Assembly (NCBI GenBank): GCA_017536765.1
Contig: JAFXGV010000048.1
Coordinates: 3,615 to 67,614 of the forward strand
Source of the DNA: Bacteroidaceae bacterium
Lineage (GTDB): Bacteria > Bacteroidota > Bacteroidia > Bacteroidales > Bacteroidaceae
DNA: 64,000 nt
Direction: 5' to 3'
Position numbers and translations under genes: made by a program
Notes under the pieces: generated by a model
The model's input: only the letters and a program-made list of their open reading frames with translations
What the model was told of the DNA's origin: nothing
The model's database searches: none
In this document: in pieces, positions 18,274-26,814 of the stretch
Layout of the letters: the number at the start of each line of letters is the position of its first letter
Numbering within the stretch: position 1 is the first letter of the stretch

Positions 18274-18969
18274 ATGTACAGAATACAGGATATAATAGAC
18301 CTCGACAAGCATCTGTTGCTTTCGATGAACGGTGGCGAATCGCTCTTCATCGACGGCTGCATCGGAGTATTCACAATGCCGGTGGTGTGGTTGCCTATGC
18401 TGTTGACCATCCTGTATGTACTCATCAAGAACAACAGCGCAAAGGATTTCCTCTCCATTGTGTGTTTTATGGCAGCTATGCTTGGCGTGGCATTTTCTAT
18501 AACGGAATATGCATTGCAACCACTCTTTGATTACCTGCGCACGCTTTATGGCACCGACAGCCTTAACCTGCTGAATGCGATGAACGAGTATCGCGCCACC
18601 AACGGTTTCCTACTTACACACGCGACATTGGCATTCTCTATGGCCCTGTTCCTGTCGTTGCTCATACGCCACAAGGTGCTCACTTTCTCGCTGTTGCTGT
18701 GGGCGTTGATAGGGTGCTATACAGGGCTTTATATGGCAGTGAACTATCCGTGGGATATACTCACGGGGGCACTGTTGGGCATAATATGCGCTTTCATTAC
18801 ATACAGGCTGTATATGTATATGCAGAGCAAGCAGCGCCGCAGCCGCCGCGACTGGATAAGCGACCGCTTTACCAAAAGCGGTTACGAGGTGCCCGATGTA
18901 TATCGCTTGCTGGTGGTTATGTATGCCACCTTTGCCGCCATCCCTGTAATATCTTTCTTTTTAATATAA
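18274..18969 (+). CDS. PAP2-fold membrane protein, apparently degenerate
   Basis: Polytopic. The segment TGLYMAVNYPWDILTGALLG aligns by eye to the PAP2 motif SRvylgvHYPsDVlaG, but with R to G and H to N. LLTHATLAF is reminiscent of PSGH. Confidence 0.65.
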   Translation: MYRIQDIIDLDKHLLLSMNGGESLFIDGCIGVFTMPVVWLPMLLTILYVLIKNNSAKDFLSIVCFMAAMLGVAFSITEYALQPLFDYLRTLYGTDSLNLLNAMNEYRATNGFLLTHATLAFSMALFLSLLIRHKVLTFSLLLWALIGCYTGLYMAVNYPWDILTGALLGIICAFITYRLYMYMQSKQRRSRRDWISDRFTKSGYEVPDVYRLLVVMYATFAAIPVISFFLI

Positions 18970-19022
18970 CCTGTGTTCGATATAATATTTTCACTGTAAA
19001 TTGGTGTGTTTGGCATAGCTTT

Positions 19023-19096
19023 TGTCATATCGAACGTATGTGAGATATCTCAAGTTTCGTAATGATTTGAGATTCCTCACAAGGTTCGGAATGACA
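19023..19096. repeat. REP-like palindromic element, copy 1
   Basis: tgtcatatcgaacgtatgtgagatatctcaa...ttgagattcctcacaaggttcggaatgaca. The two arms are imperfect reverse complements. Confidence 0.8.
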
Positions 19097-19116
19097 GGTA
19101 CTGCAATGATATTCAG

Positions 19117-19190
19117 TGTCATATCGAACGTAAGTGAGATATCTCAAGTTTCGTAATGATTTGAGATTCCTCACAAAGTTCGGAATGACA
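19117..19190. repeat. REP-like palindromic element, copy 2
   Basis: Near-identical direct copy of 19023-19096, 94 nt downstream. The differences I saw are gtatg/gtaag and aagg/aaag. Confidence 0.8.
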
Positions 19191-19199
19191 GATACTGCA

Positions 19200-19694
19200 T
19201 TAATATAATTCGATGAATTCGTAGCTGTTGCCCACCATTGAGAGGTAACGCATAAACTGCTGTTGCGATATCACCACCGTGGCACGGTTGTCGTTGGGAT
19301 GGAAACTCAACGATTCCTCTTTCTTTAGATTCTCGTCTATAAACAGGTGAACGTGGTTTTCGGTATCATTTATAAGCCCGAAAGGAGATACCGAGCCGGG
19401 GCACAGTCCTAAATATTGCTCCATACGACGAGGCGATGCGAATGTGAGTTTCCCCTGGTGCAGGCGCTGTTCCAGGTCGTGAATGTGCAGGTCGCGTTCG
19501 CAATCGAGCACCACAAGATAGTGGCGGTTGCCCTTGTGGTTCCTGAAAAAGAGATTCTTGCAGTGCTTTGAGCCGTCGGCACGCCATTGGGTGCGCGCTA
19601 TCTCTATTGTGGGGGCCTCGTCGTGGGTGTACCACGAATACTCTATGTTGTTGCTTGTCAAATAATCCAACACCGTTTTTATACGTTCTTCCAT
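19200..19694 (-). CDS. YbaK / prolyl-tRNA synthetase-associated domain protein
   Basis: 164 aa. KHCKNLFFRNHKGNRHYLVV...GSVSPFGL follows the pattern of the YbaK/ProX aminoacyl-tRNA deacylase family. Confidence 0.82.
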   Translation of the reverse strand: MEERIKTVLDYLTSNNIEYSWYTHDEAPTIEIARTQWRADGSKHCKNLFFRNHKGNRHYLVVLDCERDLHIHDLEQRLHQGKLTFASPRRMEQYLGLCPGSVSPFGLINDTENHVHLFIDENLKKEESLSFHPNDNRATVVISQQQFMRYLSMVGNSYEFIELY

Positions 19695-19878
19695 ATTCTC
19701 GTTTTCTTTTCCGTGAGCTAAGATAGCTATAAATAACGTTCGTAGTATAGGGGCCGGGCTGTTTATGTAGTAAAATATTCTTAATTTTATATAAATAAAC
19801 AGATGCGTAGCCTATCAACCGAATTTAAATGAGTATCTTCGCATAATATTACTATAAAATTACTAACAAATAATTTAT

Positions 19879-22692
19879 ATGAAAAGCAAATTTGGAAAAT
19901 TACTGTTGCTGTTAGTGGTAATCTGCCTGATTACACCCGCAATGGCACAGAAAGCAGGCGAGAGCCTCCCGCTGGACCCTGCCGTGAGGATGGGTAAACT
20001 GAAGAACGGGCTTACATACTACATCCGTCACAACGCCGAGCCCGAGAAGAAAGTGAATTTTTACATTGCACAGAAGGTGGGCTCCATTCAGGAGGAGGAC
20101 AACCAGCGCGGTCTTGCGCATTTTCTGGAGCATATGTGCTTCAACGGTACAGAGCATTTCCCGGGCAAAAGCCTTATCAACTACTTAGAGAGCATTGGCG
20201 TGAAATTCGGTGCCGACCTTAATGCCTATACCTCTATCGAGGAAACTGTTTACAACATAAACAATGTGCCTGTGGAGAGAGCGGGTGCCATAGATTCCTG
20301 TCTATGGATATTGCGCGACTGGGCCGACGGCCTCACACTCGATGCTGAGGAGATAGACAAAGAGCGTGGCGTTATTCACGAGGAGTGGCGCCAGCGCACC
20401 ACAGCAATGTCGCGTATGCTCGACCAGGTACTGCCCATTGCATACCAGGGCGAGAAATATGCCTATCGTATGCCCATTGGTACAATGGAGGTTGTGGATA
20501 ATTTCCCACACCAGGCCTTGCGCGACTATTACGAGAAATGGTACCGCCCCGACCTGCAAGGTATCATCGTTGTGGGCGACATTGACGTGGATGACGTGGA
20601 GAAGAAGATAAAAAAGATATTCAAAGGCATAAAGAAGCAGAAAAACGCTGCCGAGCGCATATATTACCCCGTGTCGGACAACGAGGAGATGATTTTTGCA
20701 CAGGGAACAGACAAGGAGCAGAAAAACTATGCATTGCAGCTTTACTTCAAGCACGATGCAACACCACGCGAGCTTGCAAATACCAAAGAGGAGGTTTACA
20801 AAAATTTTGTAAGAGGCGTGGCAATGTCTTTGCTCAACAACCGCTTTACCGAGATTGCCGTTAAGGGCAATCCTCCCTTCCTGGGCGCATCGGCAGCAAC
20901 CGGTTCTTTCATATTGTCGAGCACAAAGAATGCCTTCTCAGTATCGGTTACGTGCAAGACCGACAAGATAAACGAGGCGCTTCCCTTTGCCTTCTGCGAG
21001 GTGGAGCGCGCACGTCGTTTCGGCTTCACCGAGAGCGAGCTTAACCGCCGCAAGGCATCTATGCTTGCAGGCACCGAAAAACGATATGCCGAAAGAAAGA
21101 AGATAAGCAACGACGAGTATGTGGATGATTATGTGGGCCATTTCCTCAACAACACAAGCGCTATGTCGCCCGAATATGAGTATGAGTTCTCAAAGGAGAT
21201 GATGAATCGCATAACCCTTGAAGAGGTAAACGCCGTGATACCCGCTCTTTATACCAAGAACAACAGGGTGGCAGTGTCGCTTGCGCCTGCAAACGATTCC
21301 ATAACATACCCCGGCAAAGAGCAGATTGAGATGTTGCTTGCAGCAATAGAGGCAGCACCCCTCTCTCCTTATGTGGATGACACTAACGATGCTCCTTTGC
21401 TCAAAACACTTCCCGAGGGCGGCAAGGTAATTGCTACCGAAGAGGGTATGTGGGGCTCTACCGTATGGACCTTGTCGAACGACATAAAGGTAATTGTGAA
21501 GCCCACAGACTACAAGGCCGACGAGATAACAATGACAGGAATAAGCTATGGCGGAACCAGCCGTTACCCCGACAGCGACCGTGTCAACCTGTCGATGTTT
21601 GGCGCAGTTGTATCTCTTGGCGGTGCAGGTTCATTCGACCTTATGCAGCTGAGCAAGAAACTTGCAGGAAGCACAGCCGCCGCGAGCGTAAGCGCCAGTG
21701 CATTCCACGACAGAATTTCCGGTTCTTGCTCACCCAAGGATTTGGAGGAGATGTTCCAGTTGATGTATTTGAAATACACATCGCCCCGCAAGGATACCGC
21801 GGCATTGGCAAGTTTCATCTCACGTCAGAAGAGCGCATTGCGCACCCGCAACATAGACCCCAACACTGCACTTGGCGACAGTATAAACATAGCGCTCTAC
21901 AGCGGCCACCCGCGTATGCGCCCCATTTTAGAGGCCGACATCGACAGTATGAACTACGACCGCATCATCGAAATCTACAAGGACCGCACAAGCGATGCAA
22001 GCGATTTCACATTTGTCTTTGTAGGCAATATTGACTTGGAGGTATTGAAACCCCTTGTTGAAAAATACATTGGCGGCCTACCTGCTAACGGAAGGAAAGA
22101 GGAGTTGTATGACAACAAGATAACCACTCGCAAGGGCGTTTACCGAAACAATTTCGCAAGAAAGATGGAAACCCCCACAGGTACCGAGGTAATCTTCTAT
22201 TCAGGCGATATAGAGGCCAACCAGCGCAACGCCATACTTATGAGCTTTGTGCAGCAGATTATGGATATGGTATATCTTACCGAGGTGCGTGAGAAAGAGG
22301 GTGGTACTTATGGTGTAGGTGTGCAGGGTAGCATAGACCATCTGCCTCGCGGCAAATTCAGTTTGGCCATCCAGTTTAATATGTCGCCCGAACGTCGCGA
22401 GGAGCTCACTGCCATAGTCATTCGCGAACTCGAAAAGGTTGCCAAAGAGGGCCCGCTCGAGGAGCACGTTGAAAAGGTGCGCAGCTATATGCTCAAGAGT
22501 TTCGACGAACAGGTGAAAGCAAATGCAGCCTGGAGCAACTGGCTTATGCAGTACTATTTCTACGGCAAGGATTATTACAGCGACAATATCGAAATTCTCA
22601 AAAGCATAACAAAAGAGGAGATAAGAGATTTCCTTGCAGGGCTTTTGAAACAGGGTAACTTCATTGAGGTGAGTATGGTGCCCGAACAGTAA
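19879..22692 (+). CDS. M16 family zinc peptidase (two-half pitrilysin-like)
   Basis: 937 aa, signal peptide, inverted zinc motif HFLEHMCFNGTEHF (HxxEH) with a downstream E, and a second inactive M16 half. Confidence 0.92.
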   Translation: MKSKFGKLLLLLVVICLITPAMAQKAGESLPLDPAVRMGKLKNGLTYYIRHNAEPEKKVNFYIAQKVGSIQEEDNQRGLAHFLEHMCFNGTEHFPGKSLINYLESIGVKFGADLNAYTSIEETVYNINNVPVERAGAIDSCLWILRDWADGLTLDAEEIDKERGVIHEEWRQRTTAMSRMLDQVLPIAYQGEKYAYRMPIGTMEVVDNFPHQALRDYYEKWYRPDLQGIIVVGDIDVDDVEKKIKKIFKGIKKQKNAAERIYYPVSDNEEMIFAQGTDKEQKNYALQLYFKHDATPRELANTKEEVYKNFVRGVAMSLLNNRFTEIAVKGNPPFLGASAATGSFILSSTKNAFSVSVTCKTDKINEALPFAFCEVERARRFGFTESELNRRKASMLAGTEKRYAERKKISNDEYVDDYVGHFLNNTSAMSPEYEYEFSKEMMNRITLEEVNAVIPALYTKNNRVAVSLAPANDSITYPGKEQIEMLLAAIEAAPLSPYVDDTNDAPLLKTLPEGGKVIATEEGMWGSTVWTLSNDIKVIVKPTDYKADEITMTGISYGGTSRYPDSDRVNLSMFGAVVSLGGAGSFDLMQLSKKLAGSTAAASVSASAFHDRISGSCSPKDLEEMFQLMYLKYTSPRKDTAALASFISRQKSALRTRNIDPNTALGDSINIALYSGHPRMRPILEADIDSMNYDRIIEIYKDRTSDASDFTFVFVGNIDLEVLKPLVEKYIGGLPANGRKEELYDNKITTRKGVYRNNFARKMETPTGTEVIFYSGDIEANQRNAILMSFVQQIMDMVYLTEVREKEGGTYGVGVQGSIDHLPRGKFSLAIQFNMSPERREELTAIVIRELEKVAKEGPLEEHVEKVRSYMLKSFDEQVKANAAWSNWLMQYYFYGKDYYSDNIEILKSITKEEIRDFLAGLLKQGNFIEVSMVPEQ

Positions 22693-22708
22693 ATAGATAT
22701 ATTTTCAA

Positions 22709-22750
22709 TAACAGTAGCGGCAGAATATCGATATTCTGCCGCTACTGTTA
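22709..22750. terminator. bidirectional hairpin between convergent genes
   Basis: taacagtagcggcagaatat cg atattctgccgctactgtta is a perfect palindrome of about 19-20 bp. It lies between the stops at 22692 (+) and 22753 (-). Confidence 0.65.
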
Positions 22751-22752
22751 TA

Positions 22753-23373
22753 TTAAAACGCAAGACCAAACCTCAAACCAAAGTTGTTTAAGTTGCTTTG
22801 ATCGTAGCTCATTATACTGCACTTGTTTGTTGCAAAGCTATAGTACATTGCAAAGTGAAAACCGATGCTGTTGGCCCAGGGGTAAAAATTGAAGCCAACC
22901 TCGGGTTGCATATAGAAGCCCCATTTCTTTTCGCGGCTCATAAAGATATAGTAGTAATTACTGAATTCGGCATAGCAGGCACCCAATTTCATACCTACAT
23001 AGGGCTGGAAATCCTCCTCGACAAAACGATAGCGGGCAAGCACTCCAAACGGCAGAGTGAACATCTGGTGCTGCTGGTCGGTGTTTATCGCCTGATTGCC
23101 ACCGAGGTTTATTGTGCGGCGCGACAGATACTCGTTGTTGGTGTGGAAGTTTAAGAAACCGCCCACCGCAATATCCGGTGTTATGTAGTACCCGCCTTCG
23201 AAGTTCATACCCCAACCGCTTGCTACGTTTGAAAAGTGGTTGCTTATGGGGATGTTAAACTGCCAATCGACATTGTAATAGGTGTCGAGCGATAGCTGTG
23301 CTTTGCTTGTGGAAGGCACTCCAAGCAGAAGAGCTACAGCGGCAGCAATGAATAATTTACTAATCCGTTTCAT
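22753..23373 (-). CDS. small outer-membrane beta-barrel protein
   Basis: 206 aa, signal peptide ending STSKAQ, alternating beta-strand pattern, aromatic-rich, C-terminal ...FGLRFGLAF. Confidence 0.8.
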   Translation of the reverse strand: MKRISKLFIAAAVALLLGVPSTSKAQLSLDTYYNVDWQFNIPISNHFSNVASGWGMNFEGGYYITPDIAVGGFLNFHTNNEYLSRRTINLGGNQAINTDQQHQMFTLPFGVLARYRFVEEDFQPYVGMKLGACYAEFSNYYYIFMSREKKWGFYMQPEVGFNFYPWANSIGFHFAMYYSFATNKCSIMSYDQSNLNNFGLRFGLAF

Positions 23374-23396
23374 ACTGGTAAAGTTTTAGAAAGTGG

Positions 23397-24014
23397 CTAT
23401 TTCTTCAGATAGGGCGACTGCTCAAAGGCTTGGTTTATGGCAGCTATAGTGCGCGAATAACTCAAATTGTTTCCGTTGAGCAGGCCGCATATATAGGCGT
23501 TCCATACAATAGTGAGCTTGTCGCTGCCATACGGCGCTTTTGTATTTACCAATTCGCCTATTATGGAGCCGGTGCTGTAGGCATAATAGAAGCTGAAAGG
23601 GTAATACCAGCCCCAACCGCCCCAATTCCAGTAGCCGGGATAGCTATTCCACCACGGTCCCACACTGTTATTGAAATAGTAGGTGGTATTTATATAGCTC
23701 AACTGAAATACCACATCGGCCTCTTCACTTGACGCTGCCTGAGTATAACCGCAGGAGATGAAGTTGTCGTTGTAGGCATTTACAATCTGTTGCGAGTTAT
23801 TGTTCTTCCAATATTTAGGCTTATCGGTCTGGTTATCTATTATGAGTATGCTGTCTATTACATAGAAGCTGTTTATCTCAGAGAAATTGGTATTACTGTC
23901 GTAATTGGTGAGCACAAGATAATCGTTATCGAGTTTGTCCGTATCGGGATCCTTCTCACAGGAGGATAACAGTGCCACGAGGACAAACAGGGGAAGCATT
24001 ATAAACTTTTTCAT
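23397..24014 (-). CDS. lipoprotein with a W/Y/G-rich segment (possibly DUF4136-like)
   Basis: Lipobox LLSSC. Contains the aromatic run GPWWNSYPGYWNWGGWGWYYPFSFYYAY. The family assignment is only a guess. Confidence 0.7.
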   Translation of the reverse strand: MKKFIMLPLFVLVALLSSCEKDPDTDKLDNDYLVLTNYDSNTNFSEINSFYVIDSILIIDNQTDKPKYWKNNNSQQIVNAYNDNFISCGYTQAASSEEADVVFQLSYINTTYYFNNSVGPWWNSYPGYWNWGGWGWYYPFSFYYAYSTGSIIGELVNTKAPYGSDKLTIVWNAYICGLLNGNNLSYSRTIAAINQAFEQSPYLKK

Positions 24015-24038
24015 AACTCGAAAGTTTTAAGGGGTTAG

Positions 24039-24527
24039 TTACTGTTTTTTTGGAACAAGTTTGTGGGCGGGGTTCACCGATGCCGGCTTCATCTTGCTAT
24101 CGAGTTTCACAAGGGAACTGTCGGGCGAGAGCATTAAGTTCATCTTGGGATTCCCGTTGGCCGATATTAGTTCGTAGATGACCGCAGTGCTGTCGGTGGG
24201 CATACCAATCATTACCAGAACCTCGCCATTGTCGGTTTCGTCGGCAAGTGCTTCGTTCACATAGTCGGTAGTGATGGTGTATGTGCCATCCTCGTTAAGG
24301 CTCACGGTTTGTATGGTGAGCAGTACATCGCCAATGTTGCCGTTGGTCATCGGGAGTGTTCCTTCGTAGATGAAGGTTTGTGCATCGGCAATGGTGGAGT
24401 CGTTAACCATATAAAGGCTGTCACTCTCAATCATAATGCCTTGCGGCTTGTTACAGCTGCCACACGAATTACACGATGCGAATAGCAGCGTTGCTGCCAC
24501 CGCGATAAATGGAATTACCTTTTTCAT
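24039..24527 (-). CDS. lipoprotein, NlpE-N-terminal-like
   Basis: Lipobox LFASC followed by CNSCGSCNKP. YEGTLP resembles the NlpE N-domain motif. Start taken at MKKVIPFIAV (24527). Confidence 0.65.
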   Translation of the reverse strand: MKKVIPFIAVAATLLFASCNSCGSCNKPQGIMIESDSLYMVNDSTIADAQTFIYEGTLPMTNGNIGDVLLTIQTVSLNEDGTYTITTDYVNEALADETDNGEVLVMIGMPTDSTAVIYELISANGNPKMNLMLSPDSSLVKLDSKMKPASVNPAHKLVPKKQ

Positions 24528-24632
24528 TGTTTTTTGGTTTTTAGGGTTGTTTGGCAAATTAACACGTGGCAGGGCAGGGTGGTTGTCTGTTTTTAGTTTA
24601 AGTATTGAAATAAATGTTTATATATGAAAAAA

Positions 24633-24658
24633 GCGAGTATGGCAGGTGCCATACTCGC
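24633..24658 (-). terminator. rho-independent terminator after the S41-like gene
   Basis: gcgagtatgg caggtg ccatactcgc forms a 10-bp stem. On the minus strand it is followed by TTTTTT (plus-strand aaaaaa at 24627-24632). Confidence 0.6.
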
Positions 24659-24685
24659 ATATGTTTATATTCTATACCGTCTATT

Positions 24686-25921
24686 TTATAAATCATCGGC
24701 CGGTAAAGTACCGTTTGCTATAATATATGCAATGTTATATAATAGATACTCCTGTTTGTTCCCAAGCGGATATATGTGTCTGTTGTCGCCATATTCGCTC
24801 AACACATAATCGGGAACTGTGGAGGCGAGTATCTCCCCGTTTGCATCGGCAACGATTGCCGTGGCTGGGTTTATCGTGAAATTGTAAGGAGATTCAATGC
24901 TTTCGGTGGCAATGTTTATGACTCCGGCCGTTTGCCCCACAATCCTTAAATTTGCAGTGCCGCGAGCCAAACGCAAGGACTTTACAAATGCACTTGCCAT
25001 TCCTGTGGTTTTGGCTGTGGTTATTATGTACAGCGGTCTGTTGGCAACGTTTATTGTTGTTTGCGGAAAAAGGACATTCTCTTTAGTCTCAAATTTCAAA
25101 TCCTTATAGAGTGTACAGAAAACTGCACCCTGCTTATCGGCCGGCACAAAGGCCGATGCAACAGCCGCCGCATTGCTTATCGATGTGCCATTGAAATAGC
25201 GTAGGTCGAGCACTATGTTTGTTACGCCCTCGGTATCAAATTGCGACAGGGTATTGAACAACTCATCGACTGTGGCATCTTCGTCGAAACTATTGCATAG
25301 GATATATCCCATTTTGCCTGAATTGTCGCTTATAACGCTTGTTATAGGCAGGGGCGAGGTGGTGGTTACCGTGGCTGCCTGCATCTCAATGACCGACAGT
25401 TCGGCCCACACATAGGCCTCTGTTTCATCGTCATAATCTATGGCATTCACACCTAAGGTAACGGCATCGCCGCTCCTAAGAGCGCTGCCCGTTCCCATAT
25501 TTATGTTTCTGCCGTTTATGGTAGAAATCCACATACCGCGCTCAAGACCGGCAGCCGCAGCCACCGAGGATGGCTCCACATACTCCACAAGTGCATATAC
25601 CTTGGCAGGCTCAATGCCAAGAGGATCGCGCATAAGGGAGAAACTGAAACCATACGTGGTTGAGTTGTCAATGCTGCTTATAAATGAAGCGTTGTCGCTT
25701 TTGTATAGCAGGTTATCGAAGAATTTCGACGGAGTGGCGAAATAGTCGCGTTGGTTCAAGGACTTTATGGAGTCGGCCCACAAATAGGCCTCCTTCATCG
25801 TGTTGTATGTCCATTGATTCTCTTTGGTGAGTTCATAGAACTCGTGTGAACGGTCCTCACCGCAACTGCACATTGCAACTGCCGCAATGGCTATGAGGTA
25901 TGTTTTTATTGCTCTTTTCAT
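24686..25921 (-). CDS. S41 (C-terminal processing peptidase)-like lipoprotein with a PDZ region
   Basis: Lipobox AMCSC. Overall layout matches Bacteroides S41 proteins (N-domain WTYNTMKEAYLW, PDZ-like VEPSSVAAAAGLERGMWISTING, LDLRYFNG core). Start taken at MKRAIKTYL (25921). Confidence 0.78.
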   Translation of the reverse strand: MKRAIKTYLIAIAAVAMCSCGEDRSHEFYELTKENQWTYNTMKEAYLWADSIKSLNQRDYFATPSKFFDNLLYKSDNASFISSIDNSTTYGFSFSLMRDPLGIEPAKVYALVEYVEPSSVAAAAGLERGMWISTINGRNINMGTGSALRSGDAVTLGVNAIDYDDETEAYVWAELSVIEMQAATVTTTSPLPITSVISDNSGKMGYILCNSFDEDATVDELFNTLSQFDTEGVTNIVLDLRYFNGTSISNAAAVASAFVPADKQGAVFCTLYKDLKFETKENVLFPQTTINVANRPLYIITTAKTTGMASAFVKSLRLARGTANLRIVGQTAGVINIATESIESPYNFTINPATAIVADANGEILASTVPDYVLSEYGDNRHIYPLGNKQEYLLYNIAYIIANGTLPADDL

Positions 25922-25988
25922 AATGGGCAAAATTACTCCTTTTAATATTAAATACAAAGAGGTGGCGCGCTTTTTTAATTATAAAAGA

Positions 25989-26017
25989 AAAGCAGGCAAC
26001 CGTGGGTTGCCTGCTTT
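25989..26017 (-). terminator. rho-independent terminator of rpsP
   Basis: aaagcaggcaacc gtg ggttgcctgcttt forms a 13-bp stem. A T-rich run follows on the minus strand. Confidence 0.65.
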
Positions 26018-26044
26018 ATCTTGAGCATTACTGCCAAAAGGGGA

Positions 26045-26605
26045 TTATGCCTCTGCGGGAGCCTCTGTTGCTTCAGCGGGTGCTTCTGTTGCCTCTGCGC
26101 TCTCGGCAGCTGCAGCAGCCTCAGCCTCTGCTTTGGCAAGAGCCTCGGCAGCTTTCTTGTCGGCTACCTTCTTGGCAATTGCTGCGTTAACCTCTTTCTC
26201 AGCCTCCAAACGTGCCTTCTTGGCATCACGTTTAGCCTGCTCCTCGGCGCTCTTAATACCGTTGAGAGTATTTGTCTTGGCAGCCTTCCAAGCCTCGAAT
26301 TTAGCTTGTGCTGTAGCCTCGTCAAATGCACCCTTCTTAACACCGCCCTGCAAGTGCTTCATCATATAAACGCCCTGTGAAGACAAGATGTTGCGTACAG
26401 TGTCGGTGGGAGTAGCACCGTTGTTTACCCACCACAAAGCTCTCTCGAAATTGATGTCGATAGTAGCGGGGTTGGTGTTGGGGTTGTAGGTACCGATTTT
26501 CTCGGTGAACTTTCCATCGCGTGGAGCTCTCGAATCTGCAATCACGATAGAGTAGAATGCGTAGTGTTTACGACCTCTTCTCTGCAATCTGATTTTTGTT
26601 GCCAT
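26045..26605 (-). CDS. rpsP: 30S ribosomal protein S16 with a long A/E/K-rich C-terminal extension
   Basis: [42 protein letters not shown] is the canonical S16 N-terminus. The tail ends in [17 protein letters not shown]. Confidence 0.95.
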   Translation of the reverse strand: MATKIRLQRRGRKHYAFYSIVIADSRAPRDGKFTEKIGTYNPNTNPATIDINFERALWWVNNGATPTDTVRNILSSQGVYMMKHLQGGVKKGAFDEATAQAKFEAWKAAKTNTLNGIKSAEEQAKRDAKKARLEAEKEVNAAIAKKVADKKAAEALAKAEAEAAAAAESAEATEAPAEATEAPAEA

Positions 26606-26663
26606 TTTTTGTAAAATTTATTAGTTAAAGATTTGAGTTATCCGATATCTCGTATCGGCGGTG

Positions 26664-26671
26664 CAAAAGTA
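26664..26671 (-). promoter_or_regulatory. -7 box candidate (TActTTTG) for rpsP
   Basis: The complement of caaaagta lies about 60 nt upstream of the rpsP ATG. Confidence 0.3.
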
Positions 26672-26814
26672 CTGCTTTTTTACTTATTACACAAGTATTT
26701 TACGCTTTTTATAGGGTTGTTTTGTGCACAAATAACCTCGGATGGCAAAAAACAACGCTTCATATGCAGTGCCATTGGCAATTTTGTAGTACTTTAGCAA
26801 AAATTAGAATAATA

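Noticed and set aside
16593-18519. Minus-strand ORFs 16593-17372 (259 aa) and 17692-18519 (275 aa)
   Set aside because: They are antisense to batD, batE and the PAP2-like gene, and no family features are present.
19023-19190. Possible mini-CRISPR array (two repeats with a spacer)
   Set aside because: There are only two copies. Each copy is itself a 74-nt palindrome, and the same half-site occurs singly elsewhere (5.6 and 49.2 kb). No cas genes are present. It behaves as a REP-like element.
26045-26330. Long C-terminal extension of S16, as a possible gene fusion
   Set aside because: As far as I recall, extended A/E/K-rich S16 tails are normal in Bacteroidota. There is no second domain, and only the AEATEAP tandem duplication at the very end is notable.
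26021-26380. 119-aa plus-strand ORF and neighbours
   Set aside because: They are antisense to the A/E/K-rich tail of rpsP.
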